DNA of 64,000 nucleotides from Eukaryota sp. TZLM1-RC (GCA_040285825.1 JAUPSS010000011.1:1065658-1129657); one strand, 5' to 3'; shown: positions 24,040-35,150, counted from the stretch's first letter. The notes: generated by a model from the sequence alone, not told the origin. Numbers and translations are program-made.

Positions 24040-25050
24040 CTGCTTGCTGTCTAGCTAAAGCTTCTCTTATTCTATTGAAGAATCGAGGTAATCTATTAAT
24101 TAGGCAAATCGAATCCGTGAACGCCATAAAAAAATATCAAATCTTTTCATTGTTTTTTCTTGCACCATTTTTTGGAAGTCATTATAAAAAGTTTCTGCTT
24201 CATCTGATAATCTTCCATTTATCGAAAATGGGAAAGCCTTTTATTTAATATATTTTCAATAACTTGATCCAATTCATTATATCGATTATGTAACCATGTT
24301 CTTTCTCCATCAATATGATCCATTTGATTCTTTATAGTATTCAAATAGTCAACTAAAGATGAATCGATATATTCCGCAAGGGAAGTTACAATTTCACCAA
24401 AAATTTCTTCAATTTTATTAATAACAGCTTGAATATTAACACCATCTTGATTTTGTATATTATTAATTAATGTCATAAGTTCTTCGATTTCATTATCTTT
24501 TTTTAATAATTCACGACGAACACTTTCATTTATTTCAAAAACTTTGGCTTGGCGTTCGTAATTTAAATCATCAATATGTTTTTAATATTCTTGTTTCAAC
24601 CTCGTTATGTGTCTCTGGTATTGATGTTCTAATTGATCTTTTGTTCAATTAAAGTTATTTTCATTTATTTGATTTTTTTGTTTTCAGATGCTGCATGTCT
24701 TGGAAATGATTGAATTTTAAATCACTTATTTGGTCATGATGATCGAATTTCAATTTCTGTATTTCTACATTATGTTGACTTTCCATTACTTTAATTGCAT
24801 CTTCTGACATTTTTTATAATGTTGCTCCCTTTCATTTTGCGTAATCTTCATGTTTTTGTTAACCTCTTGTAGTTTAGCTTGTGCAAATTCACAATTCAAA
24901 TCAGCACTTCCTCAATTCAATTCACTCATATGTTCTTGTAGAATAAGAAAATGGTTTGCAATTCACGAATATTATCTTGATTTTTCGAATTACATTCATG
25001 AAATCTGGTGTCTTATTAAGCTCTTCTTTTAATGTGTTATTAATGTTATT
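24040..25050 (-). pseudogene. Decayed AT-rich coiled-coil ORF(s) of unknown origin
   Basis: Residual ORF 24219-24476 and heptad-like broken frames upstream; composition like 37387-38190. Confidence 0.4.
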
Positions 25051-25076
25051 CATACTTTTGAGTCGAATTAATTAGC

Positions 25077-25472
25077 ATGGTAAACTCTAATCAATGTGTT
25101 GTTTTTAGTGAGGGAGAATATGAATTGTATAACAAATACAACAACACAATAGAAACGAATAGAAGCGATGATGAATTTGAAAATAATAATGAAAAATGGA
25201 GACATGATTTGTTGGTGTTTAATTTTAATCGGTTAAAATCCTGTGCAACAGAAAAAATGGGAGATGTTGGTGAAAAAATTAATCAAATGATTAATAAAAC
25301 TGTTGGTGAACTTATTGCTCTTAGTCCTAGTGATGAAATTTATTATGATGCAGGAAAAGATGCAAAGAAGGAAAATAGTTATTATGTTATTATCAACGAA
25401 CATAACGACACTATTGATGATCTAAGAACAGATGATTTCAGCAAAATGTTGATTGATGAAATCTACAGAATC
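25077..25472 (+). pseudogene. Fragment of an unknown ORF family (paralog of 36884-37290)
   Basis: MVNSNQCVVF.EG.YE.YNKYNNTIET...NEKWRHDLLVFNFNRL...DLRTDDFSKMLI is shared with the 36446-37318 ORF. Confidence 0.7.
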
Positions 25473-25489
25473 AGTACATTTAACTTCTT

Positions 25490-26275
25490 TGCCAATTTCC
25501 GTCATATCGTGAGTTGTAAGAAATTTCCCCAATATAGGTCAGTTCTTCATAATGCCGTTCGTGATGTGACATATGAGATGTTCAAGTGTTACAATTTTAG
25601 TTGCAAAGCAGAACCTTTGTTGAAGCATTATAGTGATGATAATCTGTTTAATTCACGTCGAGGTGATTTAATTGCTCCTTTTGTGGATTCCTGTCAAGTT
25701 GTTGTTGTTTCCTCTACAGTTGATCCCTTTGCTTTTGTTTATCGCGATGATGTTTTACTTCGTATTAATGGTCATTTAAACAAGGCTGAAGATCGTAAGA
25801 CAGATAAATATACTGAGATATTAATTGATTTAAATAAGAATCTTTACTCGAAGTTTTCGTTTGTTTCTTTTGCCTTTTCGATTTTTGGCAGAAGATTTCA
25901 GGCTGAAGATCGTAAGACAGATAAATATACTGAGATATTAATTGATTTAAATAAGAATCTTTACTCGAAGTTTTCGTTTGTTTCTTTTGCCTTGTCGATT
26001 TTTGGCAACATTGGACAATCCGCCTTGAGTTTCATCAATGATTTTGGTAATTTATGTCGTTCAAGTGGTGACAATTTTGTAGGGAATTTATGTAAGAATC
26101 GTATCATTTTCGCTTTGTACAGAAGTGTTCCCAAATACTTGAGTTTAATGATGTCCAATCTGTATAAGAATTCATCAAGAGTTGCAGTGGAGAATTTTGT
26201 TTCTTATGTGTTTTAGTTTGTTCTGTTTTGTGTTGATTCTGCGTAGAAAATCAATATATGTTTTTAAAAAAAACA
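25490..26275 (+). mobile_element. CRE-like family B 3' end with in-frame 117 bp internal duplication and A-tail
   Basis: HIVSC, HNAVRD, RRGDL, AEDRKTDKY (twice, at 25784 and 25901); tail near 26265-26275. Confidence 0.88.
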
Positions 26276-26295
26276 GTCACAATTTCTCACAAAAA

Positions 26296-26978
26296 TGTTG
26301 TTACGCTTTCCCATATTTTAAACTGTAAGTATTTTATAACTTATCGCTCAATTGTTCATGACTCATTTCGTGATCAATTATATACCATGTGCAAAAGTTT
26401 CAATATAGAGGCATTTATTGAGCCACTAGTACGTAAGCTGTCTTCAGATCAAACAGATGATTCCTTTGGTAAAAGAAGGGCAGATTTAGTAGCTCCAGGG
26501 ATCGATGGTGTTCTCAATGTTGTAGATGTTGTCTCAGTTGATCTTTGCAAAAAATCTGCTGTTCGTTTAGCGCATTCCGTTGAGTTGCCGTTATCTAACG
26601 CCGAAAAAAGAAGATAAAAAATATTAAAAACCTTTGGCACAGTTAGGCAGAGTGGAACATGTGAAATATCAGTTTGTGCCGTTTGTAATTTCTCTTTTTG
26701 GCAATATTGGACCTTCAGGGTTGCACTTTTTTGAAAATTTTAAAAAAGTGTTACTGAATAGGTCTGGTAAAACAATAAACTCCACTTTCTGGTTAAATAG
26801 AATTGTTTTTTGCATTTTCAAGTCTATTCCAACAATGATTTCAAAGGCACTTTTAGCTATTGGTGTAGAATATGAACGTAATGCTGTGAATAGGTTCAGT
26901 AATAGTGAGGCTTGTTTGGAGGATATTGAATTCTAGATGGGTGTTTTTATCTCAATAAATATTCCTGTTTTAAAAAAA
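26296..26978 (+). mobile_element. Family A 3' end (RLE, 3' UTR, A-tail)
   Basis: Reverse-complement match to 2860-3545. Confidence 0.9.
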
Positions 26979-27119
26979 TCAACAACAAATTATCAAAAGC
27001 ATTCCTGGCAGTTGTTTGGATCAATTCAGTATATCAATCTAAATGACTTGACATTCCAAATATTGAATGAATTGACTTTGTGTAGTTCGTGAAGAGGGTG
27101 ATGGGTAAATATCTTTATC

Positions 27120-28142
27120 ATGTATGAAAAATTTACTGTTTGAGTGACAACTTCGTTTTGATCATATTCCTTTGAATGAATCACATCCTTCATTAATTTC
27201 TCCTGAAAACATGGTGCAGGAACTACCTGTTGATGTGTGGAATAAATGTTTTCCTTCAAGTTTGCCTTCTGTACCTTCGAGATCTTTTACCAATCTTCAT
27301 CTTGCTGTTGTGAAAATACAGAAGTCTGTTCTAATGGGTTTTGAAGACCTAGATTTTTCTAAACGACTTAGTGTGACTAAGATTAATAATCCCGTCTTTG
27401 CTGCCTTTTTATCAGACATCCAGAACTGCACTAGTTTAATATCTCAGCAACCAAGGCTATTTGGTCTTCTCTTAACAAATGATGCTTGAAAACAAAACAT
27501 GCGGTTGAGATTAGGGATGTATTCAAGTGGTCTTTTGGACAATTCTTATTGTATTTGTAACAAAAAACCTACTGCCAATTTCCGTCATATTGTGAGCTGT
27601 AAGAAACTTCTCCAACATAGGTCAGGTCAGTTCTTCATAATGCCGTTTGTGATGTGGCATTTGAGATGTTCAAGTGTTACAATTTTAGGTGCAAAGTAGA
27701 ACCGTTGTTGAAGCATTATAGCGATAATAATCTATTTAATTCATGTGGAGGTGATTTAATTGCTCCTATTGTGGAGTCCTCCCAAGTTGTTGTTGATTTC
27801 ACTGCAGTTGAAACCTTCGCTTTTATTTATCGTGATGATGTTTTACTTCGTACTAATGGTCATTTAAACAAGGCTGAAGATCGTCAGAGAGATAAATATA
27901 ATGAGATCTTAAATGATTTAAATAAGAATCATTACTCAAAGTTTTCGTTGTTTCCATTTGCCTTTTCTATTTTTGTCAACATTGGACAGTTCGCCTTGCA
28001 TTTTATCAATGATTTTGGTAATTTGTGTCGTTCAAGTGGTAACAATTTTCGCTGTGTACAGAAGCGCTCCCAAATAATTTTGTTTCTTATGTGCTTTAGT
28101 TTGATTTGATTCTGGGTAGAAAATCAATATTGTTGTTAAAAA
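27120..28142 (+). mobile_element. Family B 3' half, internally deleted variant (B-del)
   Basis: Matches 41600-42700 but with deletions giving the diagnostic ending SSGNNFRCVQKRSQIIL. Confidence 0.88.
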
Positions 28143-28153
28143 TACCCGAATGT

Positions 28154-28945
28154 CTCTCTGTTTATGGACTTTTGTTAAAAGACAATGAATGGCTTCTAAA
28201 CATGCGTTTTCGTTGTTTTCTGTGGCCAAACAATTTGCCCAATCATTTAACTTGTAAATGTGGTAAACCGCTTTTGTTTACTCATCTTTTGAACTGTAAA
28301 CATTTCATTACGTTTAGAAGCAAAGTGCATAATAACGTCAGGGACCAAATTTATGTAATGTGCAAATCATATCGAGTAGATTCCTTTTTAGAACCGCTGT
28401 TATCAAAATTAATTCTTGATGATCCCAATATTGATAGTACACGTTACAACAGAGCTTCTATGGGTCTGACTAGAGGTGATCTAGTTGTTCCTGGTTTAAA
28501 TGGTAGTTTTACTATTTTGGACGCCATGTCTATTGACCCTTGTAATTCCTCTAACGTACATTTCATTAACTCGGATGTAAATAATCCTCTTCTTGCAGGC
28601 GAAAAATATAAAATTGCTAAATATGCGAAACCCATTTCCTCGGTTAATGAAAATTCTCATGCCCAATATAATTTATGTCCATTTGTTTTTTCTTTGCTTG
28701 GATCTCTAGGTAAGGCAAGAACTGGAAGAATTTTCAATCGTGTTTACTGGCAAAACAGGATTGTATTTTCTATTTTTAAGGGAATGGTAACACTAATTTC
28801 TGATTCACTATCTTCTTTTGGGAAATTTTCTGAATCTTTAGCGATTAATTGTTTTGATGTAGGGGAGGCAGGTTTTGAGGATGTGGAGTTTTAATTGTGT
28901 ATTTCATATTTGTTGTTGAATAAAAATAAAATAATTGAAAAAAAA
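28154..28945 (+). mobile_element. Family C 3' end (CCHC + RLE) with a ~40 bp deletion and A-tail
   Basis: CKC...HLLNC, HNNVRD, TRGDL, ILDAMSID, KIAKY; near-identical to 35480-36290. Confidence 0.9.
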
Positions 28946-29420
28946 ATTTTCACAAAAGGAAATTTTTGCGAATAACACGCAAAATCAAGATCCACAAAAA
29001 CCTAAAATGCCCAATCTTCAGAATCACCCTCACTGATCAAGCACCATGCAGTCAGACCCGGAAAGTGGAAACGGAAATGCTGGCTCCCACTTTCGGGTCC
29101 CCTGTTGCCCCTTTAAGCAAGGCTTCATACACCTGGACCCGATTATTACAATCCAGGGCTTCCCTCCAAGCAAACCTTCGGCCAATCACGCCTTTCCACA
29201 GCTCCTCCCCGAACAACCTTCTATTCCCACGCCTCCACCGCCCCAGCAGTAGGCTCATATAACACGTAACCCACTCAATAGAAAATCGTATGGATGAAAA
29301 TCCCCACTCTCCACACCCCTGCCCCTGGTTCATATGACATGTCACTTGCCACATCCAAACCTTGCTCCTCTCTTTGCTCCAGATTTGTTAGATTTCAACA
29401 ATTCAAAGTTTGAAACCAGA
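28946..29420 (+). other. Leader segment with a broken Pro/Ser-rich ORF; possible 5' end of a non-LTR element or its target locus
   Basis: Its first ~150 bp recur in every array unit (46669 onward) and its first ~15 bp follow the family B tail at ~26280. Confidence 0.45.
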
Positions 29421-29533
29421 AGTTTGAAAATAAATGAAGATAACTGACAGATGTCGAGGGAGTAGTAAGCAAACTTGAAAGAAAACGCTTAGTTCACACA
29501 TTATTAGGTAAGAGATCCACATATTGGATCAAT

Positions 29534-29703
29534 CGGACTACGAACTAGTCCGTTCGAACGAACTACGGACTAGCCTACTCTGAAACTAAACGGACAAACA
29601 ATTGACTAGACTAGCCAATCAACTAATCTCTAGTCCTTAGTTCATTCAAATGCACTACGGACTAGTTCTCAGTTCGATTGAAGGCACTACGGACTACCTC
29701 GTG
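29534..29703. repeat. Cluster of ACTACGGACTA / ACTAG motifs, like DNA-transposon subterminal repeats
   Basis: ACTACGGACTA at ~29562, 29654 and 29686; CGGACTA...TAGTCCG inverted pair at ~29534-29552. Confidence 0.55.
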
Positions 29704-30369
29704 AAACAACTCAGTTTACAATAAATTTGATTAATCATATGGTTTTTTGCCCATCTCAATTTATTATTAATTACAGAGTCAGTAATGAATTGAAGTATTG
29801 GTTTTGTTGTTATTATACTGCACAACAGCACTAGATATTTCACCATAATCCTCCTCTATTTGTCTAATGTACAAGCAAAAACTGCTCGTTTATTCAATAT
29901 ATTTATACTCTGGTTTCAACTCATGCAGATCCCTATTAGGACCAGATATGGTCGTGATGAAATTCAGATCTTGGTGTTATCATCATCATTGCACATCGCA
30001 TTGCATAAGTTCTACCGTTACAATCTTTCATTGTTAATCATTGGGTGAAGTGTTGTTTTGAATATGTTTATCCATAATTTGTGTTTGATTACATGATAAA
30101 CATGACATTTTGTTTTTAAAATATAAAATATTGAATTTAAATTTCTATTTCAATTCAGCTCTTATAGTATTTCCTGGTGGTGATTGTTTAAATGGAACAA
30201 AAATAAGATTTGGTGATCTAATACGTATTTAATGTCATCTCTATTGTGATGAATACTACTATTATTTTCAACTTTAATGTTTTCAATATATGATATCAAA
30301 TATCAACATATCAATTTGGAAGTTAAAGGAAACATCAAAAAACAAATCAAAACTAATATTAGATTGTAA

Positions 30370-31580
30370 TTTCATGATTGCCAAATCAACCCAAAGTGAC
30401 AAGTTACCAAAAATAATTCGTGAGGGAACAAAAACCAAATATGGAGTAATGAAATTAACTAGATGTCCAATGTCAGAGGCTCATTAAAAAGCTGTGCAAG
30501 AAAATACATATCATCAAATAATCATTAATGAAGATAATTCAAAATATGAGAAAGTTAACAGCGACATGGTTTAGTCAGGATCCAGAACATGTTACATTAA
30601 AAATGATTAATGAACGTGATCCGGTTGTAAAAAATGGTTATCACTTGTATTAAAATATTTTAAATGTAAAACAAGTTGCAATTCATCAAAAAATTATTAA
30701 TTGTGGATTAATTTTTTATTCAAAATGTTTAGAAGCAATTGGTATGATTATATTTGAAACTCAACCAAAAAAGACAACAATTTGTAATAAATGTCATGAA
30801 ACATTTGAAAAACATAATGACAAATCAGAACATCAATTTGTGCCAAAAACTTTTATGATTTTAAAGGGTGATTTATCTGTTGGCGAGAGACATACTTTGA
30901 GAACATTTAATAGTTCAATGAATTTAAATGGAGATGTTGTTTCAATGTTGTTATTCTGGGAAGTTGCCGAGGTTTGATTAAATATGATTTCTGTCAGAAT
31001 TGAACATAAATTGGTCTATCCATATAATCCATCAAAAGCTGAACAAATTGATGAACGAGTTGCAAGATTTAATACTCACATTGAATTACCACCAGAAAAC
31101 AGAAATGTAACAGTCTATGATTATGTTCCAACATCACCAAATATAAGAACATATTCTCAACGCGCAAAAATATTAATGATAAAGGAAAAACTTACATTGA
31201 ATTGAAAAAGGTTTTAAGATTAATTGAGGAAAATTCAATCAATGCTCAACTTGTTCAAAAAACAGTTGGTGTTACAAATTTTGAACCACAAATTAAGTAT
31301 GATTTTAAAAATATTAAACGTAAAGAATTTGATGCATATAATTATCCATCATCATTGCAAATAGTAGAAAAAGCAATTGAATTATCTCTCAAATTAAAAT
31401 CATCAATTGAACTCAGTGAATTATATCAGACTTTTCAAACATGTGAAAAATCATTTGTTGGACTAAATCTAAAAGAAGTTGAAAAGGAGACAATTCTCGA
31501 GGTTTTACAAAAAATGGAAAATGTTGGGAAAAGAAACTTTTTTAATGAAAGTGGAATTTCACAACCGCAAATTTTGAAAA
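30370..31580 (+). pseudogene. Decayed SF2 helicase of NCLDV D6/D11 type (VETF small subunit / NPH-I)
   Basis: Broken frames read LTRCPMSEAH, LEAIG...TICNKC...HQFVPKTFMILKG, FNSSMNLNGDVVSMLL, AEGL and PYNPSKAEQIDERVARFNTHIELPPENRNVTVYDY (motif VI region QxxGRxxR..SH..LP...RNV). Confidence 0.75.
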
Positions 31581-31589
31581 CAGATGGGA

Positions 31590-31660
31590 TGCAGCAGATG
31601 GGATTCGAACCCCGTTGCCAAAGCAGAGAACGAAGAGCAAACCCACTGGACTACGATGTT
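31590..31660 (-). pseudogene. tRNA-like sequence (pseudo-tRNA or SINE head)
   Basis: A-box TAGTCCAGTGG and B-box GGTTCGAATCCC at tRNA spacing, but the acceptor stem pairs poorly. Confidence 0.45.
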
Positions 31661-31774
31661 GGCAGTTATGAATGTTGTCTTTTCTAGTTTGTATTGGGTT
31701 TTGATTTGTGTTGGTGTTGGACGATTTTTGTAATTGGTTTTGTGTTGATGAAAAAAGTGATTGAAATGTGTTTA

Positions 31775-34700
31775 TTAAAGGAAAATTTGAAGAGAAGGAC
31801 GATTAGATTCTATTTGTCGAAGTTTGGATTTGGTTGAATTGCTAATGTTGTTGCCCCAAAGATTCAATCCAGTCATAGAGGAATTGCTCTCCTGAGCACG
31901 GGCGAGGGCACTAGGGCCTTCATCGGTAATGTTGTTTTCCCCAAGATCCAATTTAGTCAGAGAGGAATTGCTCTCCAGAGCACGGGCGAGAGCACTAGCG
32001 CCTTCATCGGTAATGTTGTTTTCCCCAAGATCCAATTTAGTCAGAGAGGAATTGCTCTCCAGAGCACGGGCGAGAGCACTAGCGCCTTCGTCGGTAATGT
32101 TGTTGTCCCAAAGAACCAATGTAGTCAGAGAGGAATTGCTCTCCAGAGCACGGGCGAGAGCACTAGCGCCTTTAGAGGTAATGTTGTTGCCCCCAAGATC
32201 CAATGTAGTCAGAGAGGAATTGCTCTCCAATGCACGGGCGAGAGCACTAGCGCCTTTAGAGGTAATGTTGTTGACCCCAAGATCCAATTTAGTCAGAGTG
32301 GAATTGCTCTCCAGAGCACGGGCGAGAGCACTAGCGCCTTCAGCGGTGATGATGTTGAACGCAAGATCCAATTCAGTCAGAGTGGAATTGCTCTCCAGAG
32401 CACGGGCGAGAGCACTAGCGCCTTCGTCGGTAATGTTGTTGTCCCAAAGAACCAATGTAGTCAGAGTGCAATTGCTCTCCAGAGCACGGCCGAGAGCACT
32501 AGCGCCTTCAGCGGTAATGTTGTTGGACCTAAGATCCAATGTAGTCAAAGTGGAATTGCTCTCCAGAGCACGGGCGAGAGCAAAAAGGCGATAAAAGGGA
32601 TATTTAAAACACCAAGGAAAACAAGATAATTCAACTAAATATTCATTTTTGATTAATTTAGTTGCTTTAATAAGACCTTGATTATAAAGTTTTGTTGGAG
32701 ATAGGGATGATCTCGACAGATTGTCCTCCGGTCCCAGCAATTGAATAAACTTCAAAGAGGGAAAACTTTGTTCAGTGATATTGGTATCAATTGCTTCATG
32801 AATTATCAATTCCTTAATGCTTGGTAATTCAATTTCAATATTGACAGGATTTCTCAACCAAACTTCCAATCTAGCAATGGAAAGAGGCAGTGGAATTTGT
32901 GCTTCTAATATTCTTTCTGAAGAAGAACCATCAAATAACACCAGCTCTTTCAATGCTGTAAGATAGCTTAAATCAGTAACCTCAAAATCACCTTTAAGCA
33001 CCAACTTCACTAGTGAAGGGGGTAATTGTTCTATAATGAATGAACAATTAAGCTCCAGAAACTTGAGATTTGATAAATGTGTCAAGTTTAAGGATAGTCT
33101 TCTATAATGTCTTGACTTTGCACCAAGCTTAACAACCTCAACAGCTGGGAAAAATGACAAGAACTGTGGATCAAATACATCTGTATCATAGTAAAAATCA
33201 AGATGTTTAATTCGACTATTAATAACACTGGGACCATTGAAAGCAAATGATAATTGCAATTGTAAATCCCAAACATAATCATTGAGATTTAAATGTTGTG
33301 GATTTTTGAAAAATTCAAAACCATTGATCACTTCTTTAGAAAATTTAGCGACCTTCTTACTCACTGAACATTTGGTATAGAATCTGGCTTTTGTATATGG
33401 ATGGTTACCAAACAATTTTTTCAAATATTGTAAATATTCAAAGTAAATTGATCTGATGAGACCACTAAACATGCTATCCAAAGGTTGTATTGGATCATGA
33501 AAAGTTCCAAGTATTTCTGAACCAAATGATAATTTGGCAGGTTGAAATCGATCAATCAAATCACCTGTACCTAATTGACCTTTATGGTTTTTTCCCCAGG
33601 CCCAAATAGTGTTTTTGTTGTAGGCAAAAAGGAAGTTACGTCCTAAGGAAACACCTTCTATATTGGTGAAAACTTCTATGCATCTTGGTTGCTCACTATC
33701 TTCATAAAGATAATTGATTTCACTCAACCTACCCCAAACAAAAACTTTACCATCAATATCAGTGGCAGCATAAAAATAATCATCATAACTATTAATAGAC
33801 ACAATATTACTCAACCCTAAAACTTTTGTTGGTTTGTTATCGAAAGAATCATCATTTTCCTTGTCAAACCTCCAAACATCACCATTGAAGTCAATGACAA
33901 ACAAAGAAATGTTATCAAACAAAAAAGAACTCCATGATGGTTTGGTTGGCAAAATGTACTTGTCAACTGGAATCTCAACAAATGAACCATACTGAGTACT
34001 ATCAGAATAATCATTTGTAAGAAGGAAGAAGTTGACATCTGAGTCAATTGCAACGATTGAGTTCCGAGCAGCAGAAATAAAAACAATGGTAGACCTGTTG
34101 AGTCCTTGTATTGGCTTAAAAGTACCATTACCTAACTGAATAACTTTTCCTTCTGCAGTCAATCCAAATGATATTGAATGATTATTGCTACTGCAAATTT
34201 CCTTGAAAAAATAAGGGCTGTTGATAAGAGTAATTTTTGGTGGCATCATTACTGCATGATCATTACCCCAACCATACAACAAGCCATCCGAAGAAAGGGC
34301 AAAGCAATGGTGCAAGTCAGCTGAAATGGAAATTATGTTGTTGATTGGAAGTTTGACCGGTGGTTTGAATATTGCTGGTCTATTAAGAGGAACATGACCA
34401 TCACCAAACCTCCCCCAAGCATAAACTTCACCAGAATAGGTGAGAAGCAGTGAGCCAAATTTACCACATGAAATGGACTTAACCCCACCCATTCGTTCCG
34501 ATCGGTCGGGGAAGTGTGCTGGTTGTTGGTCACATGGAGAGGGGTGGTCTAAAAGAGGATCTGACGGGGCATGCTGTAGAGGACATCCATTATGTGCATT
34601 TGAGTCGGGTGTTCGGTCGGGTTGTGGATCGGAAGAATGGGGAGGAGAGGTGGATTGCGGAGAACTGCATGGTAAGTCTGAAGGTAGAGAGTGATGAACT

Positions 34701-34951
34701 GAGCAATGAGAGGGAGATCGTAATTCTTCATCAATAGTGGAGGAGAGTATCGTGGTAGTTGGGATAGGGTCATGGAAAACATCGGAAGCATCCTGTGAGC
34801 AGCTATTTTGGCTTCCCACTGGTTGAAATGCAACCGGGGCTTCAAGCTCGTGATTGAGAGGAGGGTTTGGACGACCTAGATCACGACTCTCCTTTCCAGA
34901 ACACGAAATGCTAGCGCTATCACCAGGCAAACTATCTTGATTTTGACGCAT
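31775..34951 (-). CDS. Chimeric protein: Pro/Ser-rich N-terminus, RCC1/BLIP-II repeats, degenerate LRR region, nine RI-like 28 aa LRRs
   Basis: ISCG...LLLTYSGEVYAWG, ALSSDGLLYGWGN, WAWGKNHKGQLGTGD; C-terminal (ALARALESNSxLTxLxLxxNNITxxGAS)x9; uninterrupted 1058 aa. Confidence 0.85.
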   Translation of the reverse strand: MRQNQDSLPGDSASISCSGKESRDLGRPNPPLNHELEAPVAFQPVGSQNSCSQDASDVFHDPIPTTTILSSTIDEELRSPSHCSVHHSLPSDLPCSSPQSTSPPHSSDPQPDRTPDSNAHNGCPLQHAPSDPLLDHPSPCDQQPAHFPDRSERMGGVKSISCGKFGSLLLTYSGEVYAWGRFGDGHVPLNRPAIFKPPVKLPINNIISISADLHHCFALSSDGLLYGWGNDHAVMMPPKITLINSPYFFKEICSSNNHSISFGLTAEGKVIQLGNGTFKPIQGLNRSTIVFISAARNSIVAIDSDVNFFLLTNDYSDSTQYGSFVEIPVDKYILPTKPSWSSFLFDNISLFVIDFNGDVWRFDKENDDSFDNKPTKVLGLSNIVSINSYDDYFYAATDIDGKVFVWGRLSEINYLYEDSEQPRCIEVFTNIEGVSLGRNFLFAYNKNTIWAWGKNHKGQLGTGDLIDRFQPAKLSFGSEILGTFHDPIQPLDSMFSGLIRSIYFEYLQYLKKLFGNHPYTKARFYTKCSVSKKVAKFSKEVINGFEFFKNPQHLNLNDYVWDLQLQLSFAFNGPSVINSRIKHLDFYYDTDVFDPQFLSFFPAVEVVKLGAKSRHYRRLSLNLTHLSNLKFLELNCSFIIEQLPPSLVKLVLKGDFEVTDLSYLTALKELVLFDGSSSERILEAQIPLPLSIARLEVWLRNPVNIEIELPSIKELIIHEAIDTNITEQSFPSLKFIQLLGPEDNLSRSSLSPTKLYNQGLIKATKLIKNEYLVELSCFPWCFKYPFYRLFALARALESNSTLTTLDLRSNNITAEGASALGRALESNCTLTTLVLWDNNITDEGASALARALESNSTLTELDLAFNIITAEGASALARALESNSTLTKLDLGVNNITSKGASALARALESNSSLTTLDLGGNNITSKGASALARALESNSSLTTLVLWDNNITDEGASALARALESNSSLTKLDLGENNITDEGASALARALESNSSLTKLDLGENNITDEGPSALARAQESNSSMTGLNLWGNNISNSTKSKLRQIESNRPSLQIFL
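31830..32582 (-). repeat. Nine 84 bp GC-richer tandem units encoding the LRRs
   Basis: GAGCACGGGCGAGAGCACTAGCGCCTT recurs every 84 bp. Confidence 0.95.
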
Positions 34952-35047
34952 TATAGAGAGGTTGAGACGAAGAGAAATTTATTGAAAAGTGAAATTTGTC
35001 GAGACACTGGGTGTTTGCTGAAAGTTTTCTGAGATTATTTCTTCTAA

Positions 35048-35150
35048 GGGTCCACTTCACAAAAGAACATAATTGCCTCTTTGGCCGCAAAACCATCGGA
35101 TCCAAGATTCATCCGATTCTGAATCAGATTCATCAGACCACCAGCGATGG
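35048..35150 (-). pseudogene. CSNK2B: Casein kinase II beta subunit 5' fragment
   Basis: SDSESDESWIRWFCGQRGN then (+1) MFFCEVDP*; CK2beta consensus is SWISWFCGLRGNEFFCEVD. Confidence 0.75.

Noticed and set aside
25077-26216. 379 aa ORF as a functional fusion of an unknown domain with an RLE
   Set aside because: It is an in-frame junction of two fragments. The RLE has a damaged catalytic region (VVVSSTVD) and an internal duplication.
28955-28970. AATTTTTG as an Sm site of an SL RNA or snRNA target
   Set aside because: The motif is common in AT-rich DNA; no splice donor or snRNA structure was recognised around it.
31830-32582. Complete diversity-generating retroelement
   Set aside because: No template repeat or DGR-type RT is visible in the window; all RTs are non-LTR type. 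Kept only as a hypothesis.
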